Source: Fusobacteriota bacterium
GTDB lineage: Bacteria > Fusobacteriota > Fusobacteriia > Fusobacteriales > JBNJFI01
Assembly: GCA_051746725.1 (NCBI GenBank)
Contig: JBNJFI010000004.1
Span: 2,530 to 58,482 of the forward strand
Length of the DNA: 55,953 nt
Reading direction: 5' to 3'
Below are positions 55,239-55,953 of this stretch, piece after piece; the stretch's first letter is position 1; each line of letters begins with the position of its first letter. Under the pieces are notes generated by a model that was not told where the DNA came from, did no database searches, and worked only from the letters and a program-made list of their open reading frames with translations. The position numbers were made by a program, and so were the translations under genes.

Positions 55239-55953
55239 CTACTCCTCCTCAATATTTTTTATATTTCCGAGTAAAGTTATAGAGTAATTTTCTTCTTTAA
55301 ATATTTTATTTGTTAATTTATCTATATCCTTTTTTGTAACCATTTCAACCTTTTTAATAATATCTTCAATCGATTTTAATTTCTTATGAAATAAAAATGA
55401 ACTAGCTAATCTTTTCATTCTAGACCTTGTGCTTTCAAGACTCAATATTAGAGCACTTTTTATTTGATTTCTAGCTCTTATTATTTCTCTATCTAAAACA
55501 CTAGATTTTCTAATTTTTTCTAATTCTCTTTTGATAATTTTTATAACTTTTTCATAGTCATCCTTTGTTGTTGCAGCATAAACCATAAATAAACCACCTT
55601 CCTCATACGAAGAAGACCTTGAATATATTGAATAAGCTAACCCCTCTTTTTCTCTAATTTCTTGAAACAATCGAGAACTCATATTTCCACCTAATATATT
55701 TCCAAGAACCGAAAGAGTATATCTTTCTTTATCGTAATATGAGGCTCCAATAGTATTAAAATACAAGTGAACTTGGTTTATTTCTCTATGATACTCTTTT
55801 TTGGAGTTATTATAATTATACTTTTTATTATACTCTCTCTGTTTAAAATCTCGGCTTAACTCTTTAAAATTATTTTCAATTTTAGAAAAAACTGAGTTTA
55901 TATCTACTTGCCCAGAAACTGATATAACTAAATTTTCTTGAGCATATCTTTCT
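55239..55953 (-). CDS. M16 (pitrilysin-family) zinc peptidase, C-terminal part; 5' end beyond the window
   Basis: LGGNMSSRLFQEIREKEGLAYSIYS; the frame stays open upstream of 55766 (…REINQVHLYFNT) to the window edge. Confidence 0.9.
   Translation of the reverse strand, partial: ERYAQENLVISVSGQVDINSVFSKIENNFKELSRDFKQREYNKKYNYNNSKKEYHREINQVHLYFNTIGASYYDKERYTLSVLGNILGGNMSSRLFQEIREKEGLAYSIYSRSSSYEEGGLFMVYAATTKDDYEKVIKIIKRELEKIRKSSVLDREIIRARNQIKSALILSLESTRSRMKRLASSFLFHKKLKSIEDIIKKVEMVTKKDIDKLTNKIFKEENYSITLLGNIKNIEEE

Noticed and set aside
55239..55766. 175-aa M16 ORF as a truncated pseudogene
   Set aside because: The frame is open to the window edge; the truncation is a window artefact
1..55953. 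CRISPR array, IS element, integron, rRNA
   Set aside because: No regularly spaced repeats, transposase/integrase ORFs or rRNA-like sequence; intergenic gaps are all under about 350 nt and largely explained

Overview
Very AT-rich (roughly 27% GC by eye) core-genome segment of an anaerobic, diderm bacterium. It is most likely a free-living Fusobacteriota member, inferred from protein sequences and from gene orders I recall for that phylum (rimP-nusA-infB-rbfA-recJ-tig-clpP-clpX-lon-engB-valS, pta-ackA-PFOR, rfaE2/tsaE/tsaB, rpmE/upp, M16-dut/rodA). All 49 credible CDSs, both tRNAs (Gly-TCC, Lys-TTT) and both cis-regulatory RNAs (a glmS ribozyme and a guanine-type purine riboswitch) lie on the minus strand. 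The plus-strand ORFs in the track are antisense shadows. I found no mobile element, prophage, CRISPR array or defence island, and no clear-cut new multi-gene system. The best leads are: (i) an unannotated ~143-nt, three-tier rod-like hairpin plus a perfect 32-bp palindrome between tig and clpP; (ii) an orphan Maf/DUF115 protein plus a kinase-less receiver protein between ftsY and pta-ackA; (iii) an orphan multi-SLBB polysaccharide export protein inside the rfaE2-tsaE-tsaB run; (iv) a PIN-PhoH/DUF47/PiT operon next to a sensor diguanylate cyclase-dusB unit; (v) minD-minE-rodA with no adjacent minC; (vi) candidate operators over the ylxM-ffh and PFOR promoters. All calls come from motif recognition by eye; no database searches were run.
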